Origin: Basidiobolus meristosporus CBS 931.73 | Taxonomy: Eukaryota > Fungi > Basidiobolomycota | Direction of reading: 5' to 3' | Length of the DNA: 44,390 bases | Assembly: GCA_002104905.1 (NCBI GenBank) | Contig: MCFE01000696.1 | Location: forward strand, 1 to 44,390 | Notes under the pieces: model-generated | Told to the model about the DNA's origin: nothing | The model's database searches: none | The model's input: the letters and a program-made list of their open reading frames with translations, nothing else | Shown here: piece by piece, positions 33,980-44,390 of the stretch | How positions within the stretch are numbered: position 1 is the first letter of the stretch | Layout: every line of letters starts with the position of its first letter | Program-made: the position numbers and the translations under genes

Positions 33980-34228
33980 ATGAAGATGAACAAGCTCGTG
34001 CGCCAATTAGAACTGATGAATTCCCTCTTGAACAAACTGCGCAGGACCTCCGCCACTCCGCAGATTGGCGCGGAGGCAGGGATTCCTACACTGAATGTGG
34101 ACGAGGCGGTCGAATGGATCAAAGGGGCCAACAACTTCGAGGACATCCTGCTCAACGGGTTCCTGTTGAACGGCGATGTGCGCACACAGACCCTACGTCT
34201 GACTCTCACCCCCCAATTGCTCCGCTGA
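33980..34228 (+). CDS. Small hypothetical protein (82 aa)
   Basis: ATG in ACACC-ATG context: MKMNKLVRQLELMNSLLNKLRR...GIPTLNVDEAVEWIKGANNFEDILLNGFLLNGDVRTQTLRLTLTPQLLR. Many C/G-ending codons. The ORF-track extension back to 33722 looks non-coding. No family recognised. Confidence 0.6.
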   Translation: MKMNKLVRQLELMNSLLNKLRRTSATPQIGAEAGIPTLNVDEAVEWIKGANNFEDILLNGFLLNGDVRTQTLRLTLTPQLLR

Positions 34229-34406
34229 CTGACCATCCCAACCATGCGAGATATCCCATCTGGGCTGACCGGATCGAATGGACCGCGTCAAAGCGCATGG
34301 CTGATTTGTCCGTGCCACGACTCTTGCAGGGCTCTCATCCCAGGTCAGAGTGCCACGTTTCGTGGACCCGGAAGTTTTCAGCCAAGATAGGGTAAAGCGA
34401 TATAAC

Positions 34407-34473
34407 CTCTCCGTCATCTAAATCCACCCCGTCATCTAAATCCACCCCGTAATCTCTCCGTCATCTAAATCCA
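34407..34473. repeat. Short imperfect tandem repeat, unit CCGTCATCTAAATCCACC
   Basis: 18-bp unit at 34411-34428 and 34429-34446, and a partial third copy from 34458. CTCTCCGTCATCTAAATCCA occurs at 34407 and 34454. Confidence 0.85.
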
Positions 34474-35404
34474 ATCTGTAATTCATTTAACCCCGACCTA
34501 CAAGTCCCCCACCATACCACAAAAATAAAGAAACCTCACTGAATCCATTCTTGTCAATTTTCCGGGATTTTCACAGTGCACTCCTTACCCATGACCACCC
34601 CTTCGACGGCTCGCCATTGGAAACGATCCAGAGGGGAAGGGAGGGGGACTACTGAGTCATCCTCCAGCCAGAGATTACCAATAGACGGCTTAAGAATGAC
34701 CTCAAGAGTTGATGGAACGTGCCTGTTATCCGCCACCTTTTCGGACAACGTTGTTTGGCTGCTTGATCTTAATTAATGCGGCGGTTACCATGGTAGAGAG
34801 CTGAAGGCAAGTCTCTGGCCAGCGTCCCACTATGCAATTTAAGCCATCTTGGCCATATGCGACCTTTCCTACGGGCTGAGTTGTCGGTGCAGTTTGTGCG
34901 TAAATGGTAACCTTATCTCTAGCACAGAGTGGTCTCACCGATAATCTGGCCTAGTGTGAAGGAGGGCAACCACCGGAGTCTGTGAACCTTCATCATTTCA
35001 CATGAAGCGTTTCGCGCGGGATCCAAGTGTACGTCTCCACAGATATGGTGAACGCTCCCAGAAGGCCAATTGGATGGGTTGAACACCTAATAACAAAGAT
35101 GGTTAGCAGCGCTCCAAGACGGCATTTCCTTTCAATACGTACTTCCATCCCAAGCCCCAATTGGCTAAATGAACTGCATGTGGCAGTGATTCGGGTCAAG
35201 TAATCGTGGGTGCAGTGCATGTATGCGGTTTTGGATGATCTGAAGTTATCTGCTGTAAGCAGTCATTTTGATTCCTAATACTGTTCAAACTCTTGCGTAA
35301 CCTGCAGCTATTGAAAATGATGGTGGATTGATTTTATAGTGATCAGCATAACACTCACTTTTAACATAATCCGTGTCACTTCTACTGATACGTAGAAACA
35401 TCAA

Positions 35405-36236
35405 TCATGATTGTGATCTAAGATATTCGAATTTATCTTTAGTCAATTGTTTAGTAAATATGTCTGCAAGCATTTCATCTGTAGGACAGTAAACTATGCT
35501 AACTAAGTTACTCTCTGTAGCTTCCGCTGTGAAATCATGTCTAATATCTATGTGCCCAGTTCTAGCAAGAAAAATTGGATTTCTACCTAATTGTATACAT
35601 CCTTGATTTTCTTGAAATAGTTTAGTAGGGGCTTTCTGACATAAGCTCAAGTCTTTAAAAAGCTCTCTTAGCCACACTGCTTTTTTTGTAGCCTCACTGG
35701 CCACCATATACTCTGCCTCTGTGGCAGAAAGTGCTCTAGTTGGTTACTTTCTTGAATTCCACAATCTTGCTTCTTTGCAGTAAAGTAAGGTGTATCCAGT
35801 GGTCAATCTACAGTTTTCTTGATTTTGTCCCCAATTAGCATCACAATATCCTAAAAGATCCTGTGATAAATCCTTATAGGTGTACTTTGAGCAGATATCA
35901 GCAGTGCCTTTTGAGTATCTAAAAATTTGCTTTAATGCTGTAATATGATCAGATCCATAGTTCTGATTATGCTGACTGACAACTCACACTGAATATGAAA
36001 TAGTTGGACATGTTCCATGCATGATAGACATCAGACAACTAACCATTGATTGGTAAGGGAAGTCTAGGCTTTCAGATGGCACCAAGCTCTCTTGATATGG
36101 TTGAATCTTGACTAAGTTGTGGTTTGTCTCCATTGGGGTAGCTGCCAGTATACAATCTTCCATTTGGTCTTCTAGGTATATCTTGAATATACTTGGACTA
36201 GTTTAGGGTGATGGTCTTGTTATTTCTGTCTATGGG
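35405..36236 (-). mobile_element. Degenerate Ty1/copia fragment (late RT + RNase H), copy 3
   Basis: Homologous to the other copies but with many indels and stops. The last ORF reads ATKKAVWLREL...ENQGCI...TGHIDIRHDF...YCPTDEMLADIFTKQL (copia RNase H end). Confidence 0.9.
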
Positions 36237-36268
36237 CAGCTGTATCCCTCAGTGACAATTAGGCTCTC

Positions 36269-36293
36269 CAATATCTCCAAGACTCTTACAACA
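36269..36293 (+). repeat. 25-bp LTR 3' (U5) end in opposite orientation
   Basis: CAATATCTCCAAGACTCTTACAACA is the exact reverse complement of 42077-42101. It truncates the copy-2 RNase H right after KPLARD. Confidence 0.85.
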
Positions 36294-38250
36294 GTCTCTA
36301 GCTAATGGTTTGGTAAATATGTCTGCAATCATTTCATCTGTAGAACAGTAAACTAAGCTAACTAAGTTATTCTCTATAGCTTCATGTAAGAAATGATGTC
36401 TAATACTTATGTGCTTGGTTCTAGTGCGAAAAGTTGGATTTCTACCTAATTGTATACATCCCTGATTATCTTGAAATAAAGTAATAGGCGTTTTTTGACA
36501 TAGGCCTAAATCTGTAAAAAGCTTTCTTAGCCACATTGCTTCGTTTGTAGCTTCACAGGCTGCCATGTACTCTGCCTCTGTGGTAGAAAGTGCTACGGTT
36601 GGTTGCTTTCTTGAATTCCATGAAATTGCTCCTTTACAGTAAAGAAAGGTGTATCCTGTGGTGGATCTTCTGTCTTCCAAATTTTGTCCCCAATCAGCAT
36701 CAGAGTATCCCACAAGATCCTGTTCAGAGTCCTTATAAGTGTATCTTAGGCAGATATCAGCAGTTCCTTTTAGGTATCTAAAAATCTGCTTAACTGCTGC
36801 AATATGATCAGATCCATAGTTCTGATTATGTTGGCTGACAACACCCACTGAATATGAGATATCTGGATGTGTTCCAAGCATGATGTACATCAGACTGCCA
36901 GCCATAGATTGATAAGGAAAGTCAGGGCTTTCAGATGGCACCAAGCTCTCTTGATTTGGTTGAGTTTTGACCAAGTTAAGGTTTGTCTCCATTGGGGTGG
37001 CTGCCGGTTTACAGTCTTCCATTTGGTACTTCTTTAGTATATCTTGAATATACTTGGATTGGCTTAGGGTGATAGTCTGGGTACTTCTGTCTATGGAGAA
37101 CTTAATCCCTAAGTAGTAACTGAGTACTCCTAGATTGGACATCTTGAACTCCTTAGATAGGCTGGATTTAGTCTCTTCTAATGCTTCTAGGTTATTGGTG
37201 GCTATAATAAGATCATCCACATATAGAGCTAATAGAACTGGATTTGCTCTATCTGGCTTATAGTATATACTATAGTCAGCATTACTCCTTTTGAAACTCA
37301 AAGATTCCAAATAAGAATCTATCTTGCAATTCCAGGCTCTTGGTGATTGTTTGAGTCCATATAGAGACTTTGTAAGCTTGCAGACCAAAGGGGGTTATCT
37401 TGGTCAGCAAACCCATCCGGCTGACTTATATACATGTCCTCATCAAGGTCTTCACTCAAAAATGCAGTTTTTACATGCATTTGATGAATAAAAAACTTAT
37501 ATTTGGCTACAATAGCCAATATTAACCTAATGGAATTAAACTTGGCTACCAGTGCAAAGGTCTTGATGTAGTCAAGTCCTTTTATTTAAGAGTATCCTTT
37601 GGCTACAAGTCTTGCTTTGTATCTTTCAATTGTACCATCAGCCTTGCATTCTGACTTAAAGACCCATCTGCATCCTATTGATTTTTGGTTGATTGGCAAT
37701 TTGACTAAGTCCCAAGTTTGATTTTCCATCCAGGCCTGATATTCCTCAGTCATTGCAGATCTCCAAAACTTTGTTTGAGGGCTATTTAGGGCCTCCTTCA
37801 CAGTCTGGGGCTCATCAATATGGACTGAATAGGCATGGCTAAATTTGTACCCTCATTGATATAGTAATTTGGGCTATTTCTTGTCTGATTGGATCTCTGG
37901 ACATTTGATACTGGAATGATCACTTCTGGGATATTCCTGGGCACTGATTCTGGCTGAACCATGGTTGTAGAGTCCTCTGCAGTGAAAAAACTTTCATTGT
38001 TTTGCTCTGATTCATTCCTGACAATTGGTGGACTTGAGATCAAATTTTTGTCATCATCTGATGTCATTTTTTGTGAAAGTTCTGAGTTTTCATCAAACAA
38101 CACATCCCTGGACTTCATTAGCTTTTTGGCTTTGGTATTGCAGAGTCTGTATGCTATACTCTCATTGCAGTAGCCCAAAAATATGCATTTTACATTTTTG
38201 GCTCAAATTTTGACTAATTTCTGGGCAGTTTCTGGGCACATGCTGTACAC
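36294..38250 (-). mobile_element. Defective Ty1/copia fragment (integrase C-term, RT, RNase H), copy 2
   Basis: Near-duplicate of 38251-40110. Contains YVDDLII, GYSDADW, EAEYMA and KHISIRHH, a TAA at 37588-37586 and frameshifts. It begins at an abrupt junction with element 1 at 38250/38251. Confidence 0.93.
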
Positions 38251-41200
38251 AAATGATGTCTAATATCTATGTGCTTGGTTCTAGCATGAAAAGTTGGATT
38301 TCTACCTAATTGAATACATCCTTGATTATCTTGAAATAAAGTAATAGGCGTTTTTTGACATAGGCCTAAATCTGTACGGAGCTTTCTTAACCACATCGCT
38401 TCTTTTGTAGCTTCACAGCTGCCATATACTCTGCCTCTGTAGTAGAAAGTGCTACAGTTGGTTGCTTTCTTGAATTCCATAAAATTGCTCCTTTACAGTA
38501 AAGAAAGGTGTATCCTGTGGTGGCTCTTCTGTCTTCCAAATTTCGTCCCCAATCAGCATCAGAGTATCCCACAAGATCCTGTTCTGAATTCTTATAAGTG
38601 TATCTTAAGCAGATATCAGCAGTTCCTTTTAGGTATCTAAAAATCCGCTTAACTGCTGCAATATGATCAGATCCATAATTCTGATTATGTTGGCTGACAA
38701 CTCCCACTGAATATGAGATATCTGGACGTGTTCCAAGCATGATATACATCAGACTGCCGACCATAGATTGATAAGGACAGTCAGGGCTTTCAAATAGCAC
38801 CAAGCTCTCTTGATTTGGTTGAGTTTTGACCAAGTTAAAGTTTGTCTCCATTGGGGTGGCTGCCGGTTTACAGTCTTCCATTTTGTACTTCTTTAGTATA
38901 TCTTGAATATACTTGGATTGGCTTAGGGTGATAGTCTGGGTACTTCTGTCTATGGAGAACTTAATCCCTAAGTAGTAACTAAGTTCTCCTAGATTGGACA
39001 TCTTGAACTCCTTAGATAGGCTGGATTTAGTCTCTTCCAATGTTTCTAGGTTATTGGCGGCTATAATAAGATCATCCACATATAGAGCTAATAGAACTGG
39101 ATTTGCTCTATCTGGCTTATAGTATATACTATAGTCAGCATTACTCCTTTTGAAACTCAAAGATTCCAAATAAGAATCTATCTTGCAATTCCAGGCTCTT
39201 GGTGATTGTTGGAGACCATATAGTGACTTTTTAGGCTTGCAGACCAAATTAGGGTTATCTTGGTCAACAAACCCATCAGGCTGGTCCATATACATGTCCT
39301 CATCAAGTTCTCCATTCAAAAATGCAGTTTTTACATCCGTTTGATGAATAAAAAACTTATATTTGGCTGCAATAGCCAATATTAATCTGATGGAATTAAA
39401 CTTGGCTACCGGTGCAAAGGTCTCAGTATAGTCAAGTCCTTTTGTTTGAGAGTATCCTATGGCTACAAGTCTTGCTTTGTATCTCTCAATTGTACCATCA
39501 GCCTTGTATTTTTTCTTGAAGACCCATCTGCATCCAATTGATTTTTGGTTGATTGGTAATTTGACTAAGTCCCAAGTTTGATTTTCCATCAAGGCCTGAT
39601 ATTCCTCAGTCATTGCAGATCTCCAAACCTTTGTCTGAGGGCTATTTAGGGCCTCTTTTACAGTCTGGGGTTCATCAATATGGACTGAATAGGCATTGGC
39701 TAAGCTTGTACCCTCATTGATATAGTAATTTGGGCTATTTCTTGTCCAATTGGATCTCCGGGCGTTTGATACTAGAATGATCACTTCTGGGATATTCCTG
39801 GGCACTGATTCTGGCTGAACCACGGTTGTAGAGTCCTCTGGAGTGAAAAAATCTTCATTGCTTTGCTCTGATTCAATCCTGACAAATGGTGGACTTGAGA
39901 TCAAATTTTTGTCATCATCTGATGTCATTTTTTGTGAAAATTTTGAATTTTCATCAAACAACACATCCCTGGACTTGATAAGCTTCTTTGCTTTGGTATT
40001 GTAGAGTCTGTATGCCTTACTCTCATTGCAGTAGCCCAAAAATATGCATTTTACACTTTTTGGCTCAAATTTTGACTGATTTCCGGCCAGTTTTTTGGCA
40101 TATGCTGTACACCCAAATATTCTTAGATGTTCTGCACTTGGTCTGTATCCATACCATGCTTCAAATGGAGTAGAATCACGAAGTATTCTGTTATAACTCC
40201 TGTTTTTAAGATATACAGCAGTGGCAACTGATTCCGCCCAAAAATCATAGGATAATTTTTGATCATTGATCATAGATCTTGCCATATCAGTTATTGATCT
40301 GTTAGCTTGTTCTGCTACTCCATTTTGCTGTGGGGAGTATGGTGCAGTAGTCTCTTGCTTTATCCCATGAATTTTGCAGCAGTGGATGAAGAGTTTTGTG
40401 GTATATTCTCCACCATTGTCAGAGCGTATTTTCTTGATTTTTTCACCAGTTTCTCTCTCCACCATGGCTTTAAACTCCCTGAACTTAGACAGAGCTTCTT
40501 CCTTTCTCTCCATGAGGTAGACCCATGTTTATCTTGTATAATCATCAATAAAAGTGATTAAATACTTCATCCCGCCTAAGGATAAATTTTGCATAGGTCC
40601 ACGCAGATCTGAGTGAATTAGATCTAATTTTCTCTTAGTTTTGATTAACCCAGAGCTCTTGAACGGTTGTCTGGCTTGTTTCCCATATATGCAGGCTTCA
40701 CAGTGCTCCAAATTAGCTGGGGGATCAATTTTCACTCCAGAAATTAGCTGATCTTTGATCATTTTGCGCAAATAATCAAAATTGATGTGCCCAAATCTCC
40801 TGTGCCAAAGCATTGGTGTTTCTTCATTTAAGTTACTTATATTGGCTTCCAGATATGATGGAATATAAGTCAACCTGTATAGATTCTGATCTCTGATGCC
40901 CAAAGCAATATGAGCACCATTTTGATCAGTGATCCTGCATCCAGAATTGTCAAAACTGAAGCTGAGTCCTTCTGCTGTGGCCTTGCTGACAGAGAGTAGG
41001 TTCTTGGCTATTTCTGGTACATAGAGTACTTCTTTAAAGGTCAGTGTATGGCTTCCTTCACTGCTTCTAAGGTTTACTTGGATAGTTCCTTCTCCCACTG
41101 CATCAAGTGTTCTATCGTCACCCATGAAAACCTTCTTAATTGGAATTTCTTGATATTTGGTAAAAGGTTCTTTTTGGTGTGTAAAGTGTTGAGAAGCTCC

Positions 41201-42062
41201 AGAGTTAATATACCACGTCTGGGAATCCTTGTTTGTGGTCATATTTAGTGCAGATATGAATAGTCTATCTTCAGTTGTTGCAGCATTTCCATATTCAGGC
41301 TTCTTTTGCTGATTATCTGTCTTTTTGAGACACCAGTCTGATGTGTGTCCTTTCCTTTTGCAGTAGTTGCAAAATAGGTTGCTGTTGCCTTTGTAGGGTC
41401 TTGGGTACCTCCTTTGTTGGTTATCATTGCTTATTAAAGCATTTCCTTCTTCCTTCTTATTGGCGCTTGATTTTCTTAATTCTTCATCCAAGAGCCTTCC
41501 ATATACGTAATTTAAGGTCAAATCTTCAGTTCTGGACTCTAGGGCTGATACAAGGCCCTGAAACTTGTCTGTCAGGCTATTCAGGATGGTAACTATCACA
41601 TCCTCATCAGTAGTTGGTACGCCCACAGATTCCATCTCATCTACCAGCAGGGTAATTCTGTTAATTAGATTTTTCATTTCTTCTCCTGGCAGAATCTTTG
41701 TAGTAAAGAATTTTCGTCTCAGATACATTTTCTTGGCAGCTGAACATGACTGGTAGGTGTCTTCTAATGCCTTCCAGGCATTCTTTGCCGTTTTTGCTCT
41801 TGAGCATTGAATTAGCAATTTGTCCTTGACATTAAGGCAAATGCAGTTAAAGGCACTTTGTTCTTTCTTCTGGTACTTTAAGGCTTCTCTCCCACGTTTT
41901 TAGGAGGGCATTCTTCTCCCATGACAATATCCCAAAGGCCTCTTTTTTGCAGCAGCATCTTCATCTTCACCTTCCACACTTGGTAGTTAGATCCATCCAA
42001 CTTTTCAGCAGAGGGAAAAATTCCAGTAATATCAGTAGTAGACATTGCAGAGAGTGACAGCT

Positions 42063-42076
42063 CAGGGCTCATAACC
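42063..42076 (-). other. Primer binding site complementary to the anticodon arm of initiator tRNA-Met
   Basis: The minus strand reads ...CAACA|GGTTATGAGCCCTG, the reverse complement of CAGGGCUCAUAACC in fungal tRNA-iMet (recalled S. cerevisiae sequence). It directly abuts the LTR end. Confidence 0.85.
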
Positions 42077-42544
42077 TGTTGTAAGAGTCTTGGAGATATT
42101 GAAAGTGATTGGGAGAACAAGTAGATTAGACTTGTTCCATTGTGCCATTGATCATAGTGCCAGAGAGTGCTGTATATTTTGTTATTAATTTGATATTTTA
42201 GGGTCATATGCATGTCAATTTTAATCCCAAATTGGCACTCTATGGCACCATCTGGCACTCTGAGGCATGATCAGGCACCATCTGGCATGCTATGGCACTA
42301 TTGGGCACTATGATCAGCTGGAATGATGGAACAAGTTTATTATGTGGTTTTCACTTAATGATTTATTGAATGTACAAGTAGTATTAATACTTTTACCTGG
42401 TCTTGGCATTAAAAACACGTAGAATAGGTTAAGGAAGGTCCCAAGAGCATGTGTGCAAAGCTTGGGGCTGTTTGGACAACTTTGAGAATTTTCATGTTCT
42501 GGGTACCTGGCATTTTGGTAAAATATTCTAAGCAAATCCCAACA
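42077..42544 (-). repeat. 5' LTR of element 1 (468 bp, TGTTG...CAACA)
   Basis: The minus strand starts TGTTGGGATTTG at 42544 and ends CTTACAACA at 42077, with 5-bp terminal inverted repeats and a PBS immediately after. With no second LTR to compare, the outer boundary is inferred. Confidence 0.75.
42231..42310. repeat. Eight 10-bp units with GGCA core inside the LTR
   Basis: attggcactc tatggcacca tctggcactc tgaggcatga tcaggcacca tctggcatgc tatggcacta ttgggcacta. Confidence 0.9.
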
Positions 42545-42638
42545 AGGAATTTGGTCAGTATTCTCTAGGATTTGAAGGTGATGATCTAAGTGACTAAGTT
42601 AGGTGAATATTTAGGTGGAAATACAAATTTTTACAACA

Positions 42639-44390
42639 GAATATACCTCAAAACTCTTCATCCACTTCAGCAAAATTCATAGGATAAAGCAAGAGACCAC
42701 TGTACTATACTCCCCACAGCAAAATGGAGTAGCAGAACGTGCTAATAGATCAACAATTGACATGGCAAGATCTATGATCCATGCTCAAGAATTATCCTAT
42801 GATTCTTGGGCAGAATCAGTTGCCACTACTGTATATCTTAAGAATGGGAGTTATAACAGAATACTTTGTGATTCTACTCCATTTGAAGCATGGTATGGAT
42901 ACAGACCAAGTGAAGAACATCTAAGAATATTTGGGTGTACAGCATATGCCAAAAAAACTGGCCGGAAATCAGTCAAAATTTGAGCCAAAAAGTTTAAAAT
43001 ACATATTTTTGGGCTACTGCAATGAGAGTAAGGCATACAGACTCTACAATACCAAAGCAAAGAAGCTTATCAAGTCCAGGGATGTGTTGTTTGATGAAAA
43101 TTCAAAATTTTCACAAAAAATGACATCAGATGATAACAAAAATTTGATCTCAAGTCCACCAATTGTCAGGATTGAATCAGAGCAAAACAATGAAAATTTT
43201 TTCACTCCAGAGGACTCTACAACCGTGGTTCAGCCAGAATCAGTGCCCAGGAATATCCCAGAAGTGATCATTCCAGTATCAAATGCCCGGAGATCCAATT
43301 GGACAAGAAATAGCCCAAATCACTATATCAATGAGGGTACAAATTTAGCCTATGCCTATTCAGTCCATATTGATGAACCCCAGACTGTAAAAGAGGCCCT
43401 AAATAGCCCTCTGACAAAGTTTTGGAGATCTGCAATGACTGAGGAATATCAGGCCCTGATGGAAAATCAAAGTTGGGGCTTAGTCAAATTACCAATCAAC
43501 CAAAAACCAATTGGATGTAGATGGGTCTTCAAGACAAAATACAAGGCTGATGGTACAATTGAGAGATACAAAACAAGACTTGTAGCCAAAGGATACTCTT
43601 AAATAAAAGGACTTGACTACATCAAGACCTTTGCACTGGTAGCCAAGTTTTATTCCATCAGATTGATATTGGCTATTGCAGCCAAATATAAGTTATTTAT
43701 TCATCAAATGGATGTAAAAACTGCATTTTTGAATGGAGAACTTGATGAGGACGTGTATATGGACCAGTCTGATGGTTTTGTTGACCAAGATAACCCCCAT
43801 TTGGTCTGCAAGCTTAAAAAGTCACTATATGGTCTCAAACAATCACCAAGAGCCTGGAATTGCAAGATAGATTCTTATTTGGAATCTTTGAGTTTCAAAA
43901 GGAGTAATGATGACTATAGTATATACTATAAGCCAGATAGAGCAAATCCAGCTATATTAGCTTTATATGTGGATGATCTTGATATAGCTGCCAATAACCT
44001 AGAAACATTGGAAGAGACTAAATCCAGCCTATCTATGGAGTTCAAGATGTCCAATCTAGGAGAGCTTAATTACTACTTAGGGATTAAGTTCCCCATAGAC
44101 AGAAGTACCCAGACTATCACCCTAAGCCAGTCCAAGTATATCCAAGATATACTAAAGAAGTACCAAATGGAAGACAGTAAACCGGCAGCTACCCCAATGG
44201 AGACAAACCTTAACTTGGTCAAAACTCAGCCAAATCAAGAGAGCTTGGTGCCATCTGAAAGCCCTGACTTTCCTTATCAACCTATAGTTGGCAGTGTGAT
44301 GTATATTATGCTTGGAACATGTCCAGATATCTCATATTCAATGGGAGTTGTCAGCCAACATAATCAGAACTATGGATCTGATCATATTGC
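42639..44390 (+). mobile_element. Defective Ty1/copia fragment (integrase core to RT), inverted relative to element 1, runs off window
   Basis: EYTSKLF...QQNGVAERANR...GCTAYAKK...CRWVFKTK...RLVAKGYS-stop (TAA 43600-43602), then RT sequence. Homology to element 1 starts right after TTACAACA at 42631-42638. Confidence 0.93.

Larger units (their letters stand above)
38251..42544 (-). mobile_element. Ty1/copia LTR retrotransposon, near full length, defective, no 3' LTR (element 1)
   Basis: 5' LTR, PBS, gag (KLDGSNYQVWK, zinc knuckle CNYCKRKGHTSDWC), protease WYINSGAS (catalytic D replaced by N), pre-integrase WHRRFGH...CEAC, integrase HSD/FIDD/SDNGGEY/QNGVAE, RT DVKTAFL/LYVDD, RNase H YSDADW/EAEYM/DNQG/KHIDIRHH, in copia order PR-INT-RT-RH. 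Lesions: frameshift at the A5 run 41901-41897, in-frame TAA 40531-40529, 1-nt frameshift near 38420. Confidence 0.96.

Noticed and set aside
34550-35250. Short ORFs (34554-34748, 34726-34938, 34993-35220) as a possible gene relic
   Set aside because: No recognisable motif or consistent splice structure. A pseudogene cannot be excluded without a tblastx search.
35346-35362. AAAAGTGAG-TGTTA (minus strand) as polypurine tract plus start of a 3' LTR
   Set aside because: The following sequence does not match the 42544 LTR start beyond TGTT, and no plausible LTR end was found.
40529-40531. In-frame TAA in pol as programmed readthrough
   Set aside because: It falls inside the integrase core (FIDDYTR*TWVY), and the element has other lesions (protease D>N, frameshifts). 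A simple nonsense mutation is more likely.
41897-41901. gag frameshift at an A5 run as programmed frameshifting
   Set aside because: It lies early in gag, not at a gag-pol boundary. One extra A restores the frame, so it is a homopolymer mutation or sequencing error.
34407-42310. Short repeat arrays (34407-34473, 42231-42310) as CRISPR-like arrays
   Set aside because: There are no unique spacers between identical repeats and no cas genes, and the context is eukaryotic.

Overview
Eukaryotic (fungal) genomic DNA, not prokaryotic. It has short GT-AG introns with CTAAC/CTGAC branch points, a homoaconitase of the fungal alpha-aminoadipate lysine pathway and an HP1/Swi6 gene. Gene content and style suggest an early-diverging fungus (inference only). 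Positions 1-34.3 kb are a gene-dense single-copy arm. It carries a giant (>2,840 aa, runs off the left edge) minus-strand protein with about 11 ASH/Hydin-like Ig repeats, which the ORF track misses because it has no stop codon in the window. It is followed by prefoldin 1, TOP2, a CreA/Mig1-like zinc finger, a membrane-anchored DPBB/expansin-like protein, GAL7, an Inp54-like 5-phosphatase, HP1/Swi6, two tandem Ytp1-like paralogs joined by a gene-conversion tract, LYS4, a CUE-like + Myb/SANT + U-box protein, RPS17 and an 82-aa unknown ORF. Positions 35.4-44.4 kb are a nest of four defective copies of one Ty1/copia family: one LTR, a half-tRNA-type iMet PBS, LTR-end junctions and CpG decay. No CRISPR arrays, rRNA or tRNA genes were seen. 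Best novelty candidates: the giant ASH-repeat protein, the CUE-Myb-U-box protein, the Ytp1 conversion tract and a possible structured RNA downstream of TOP2.
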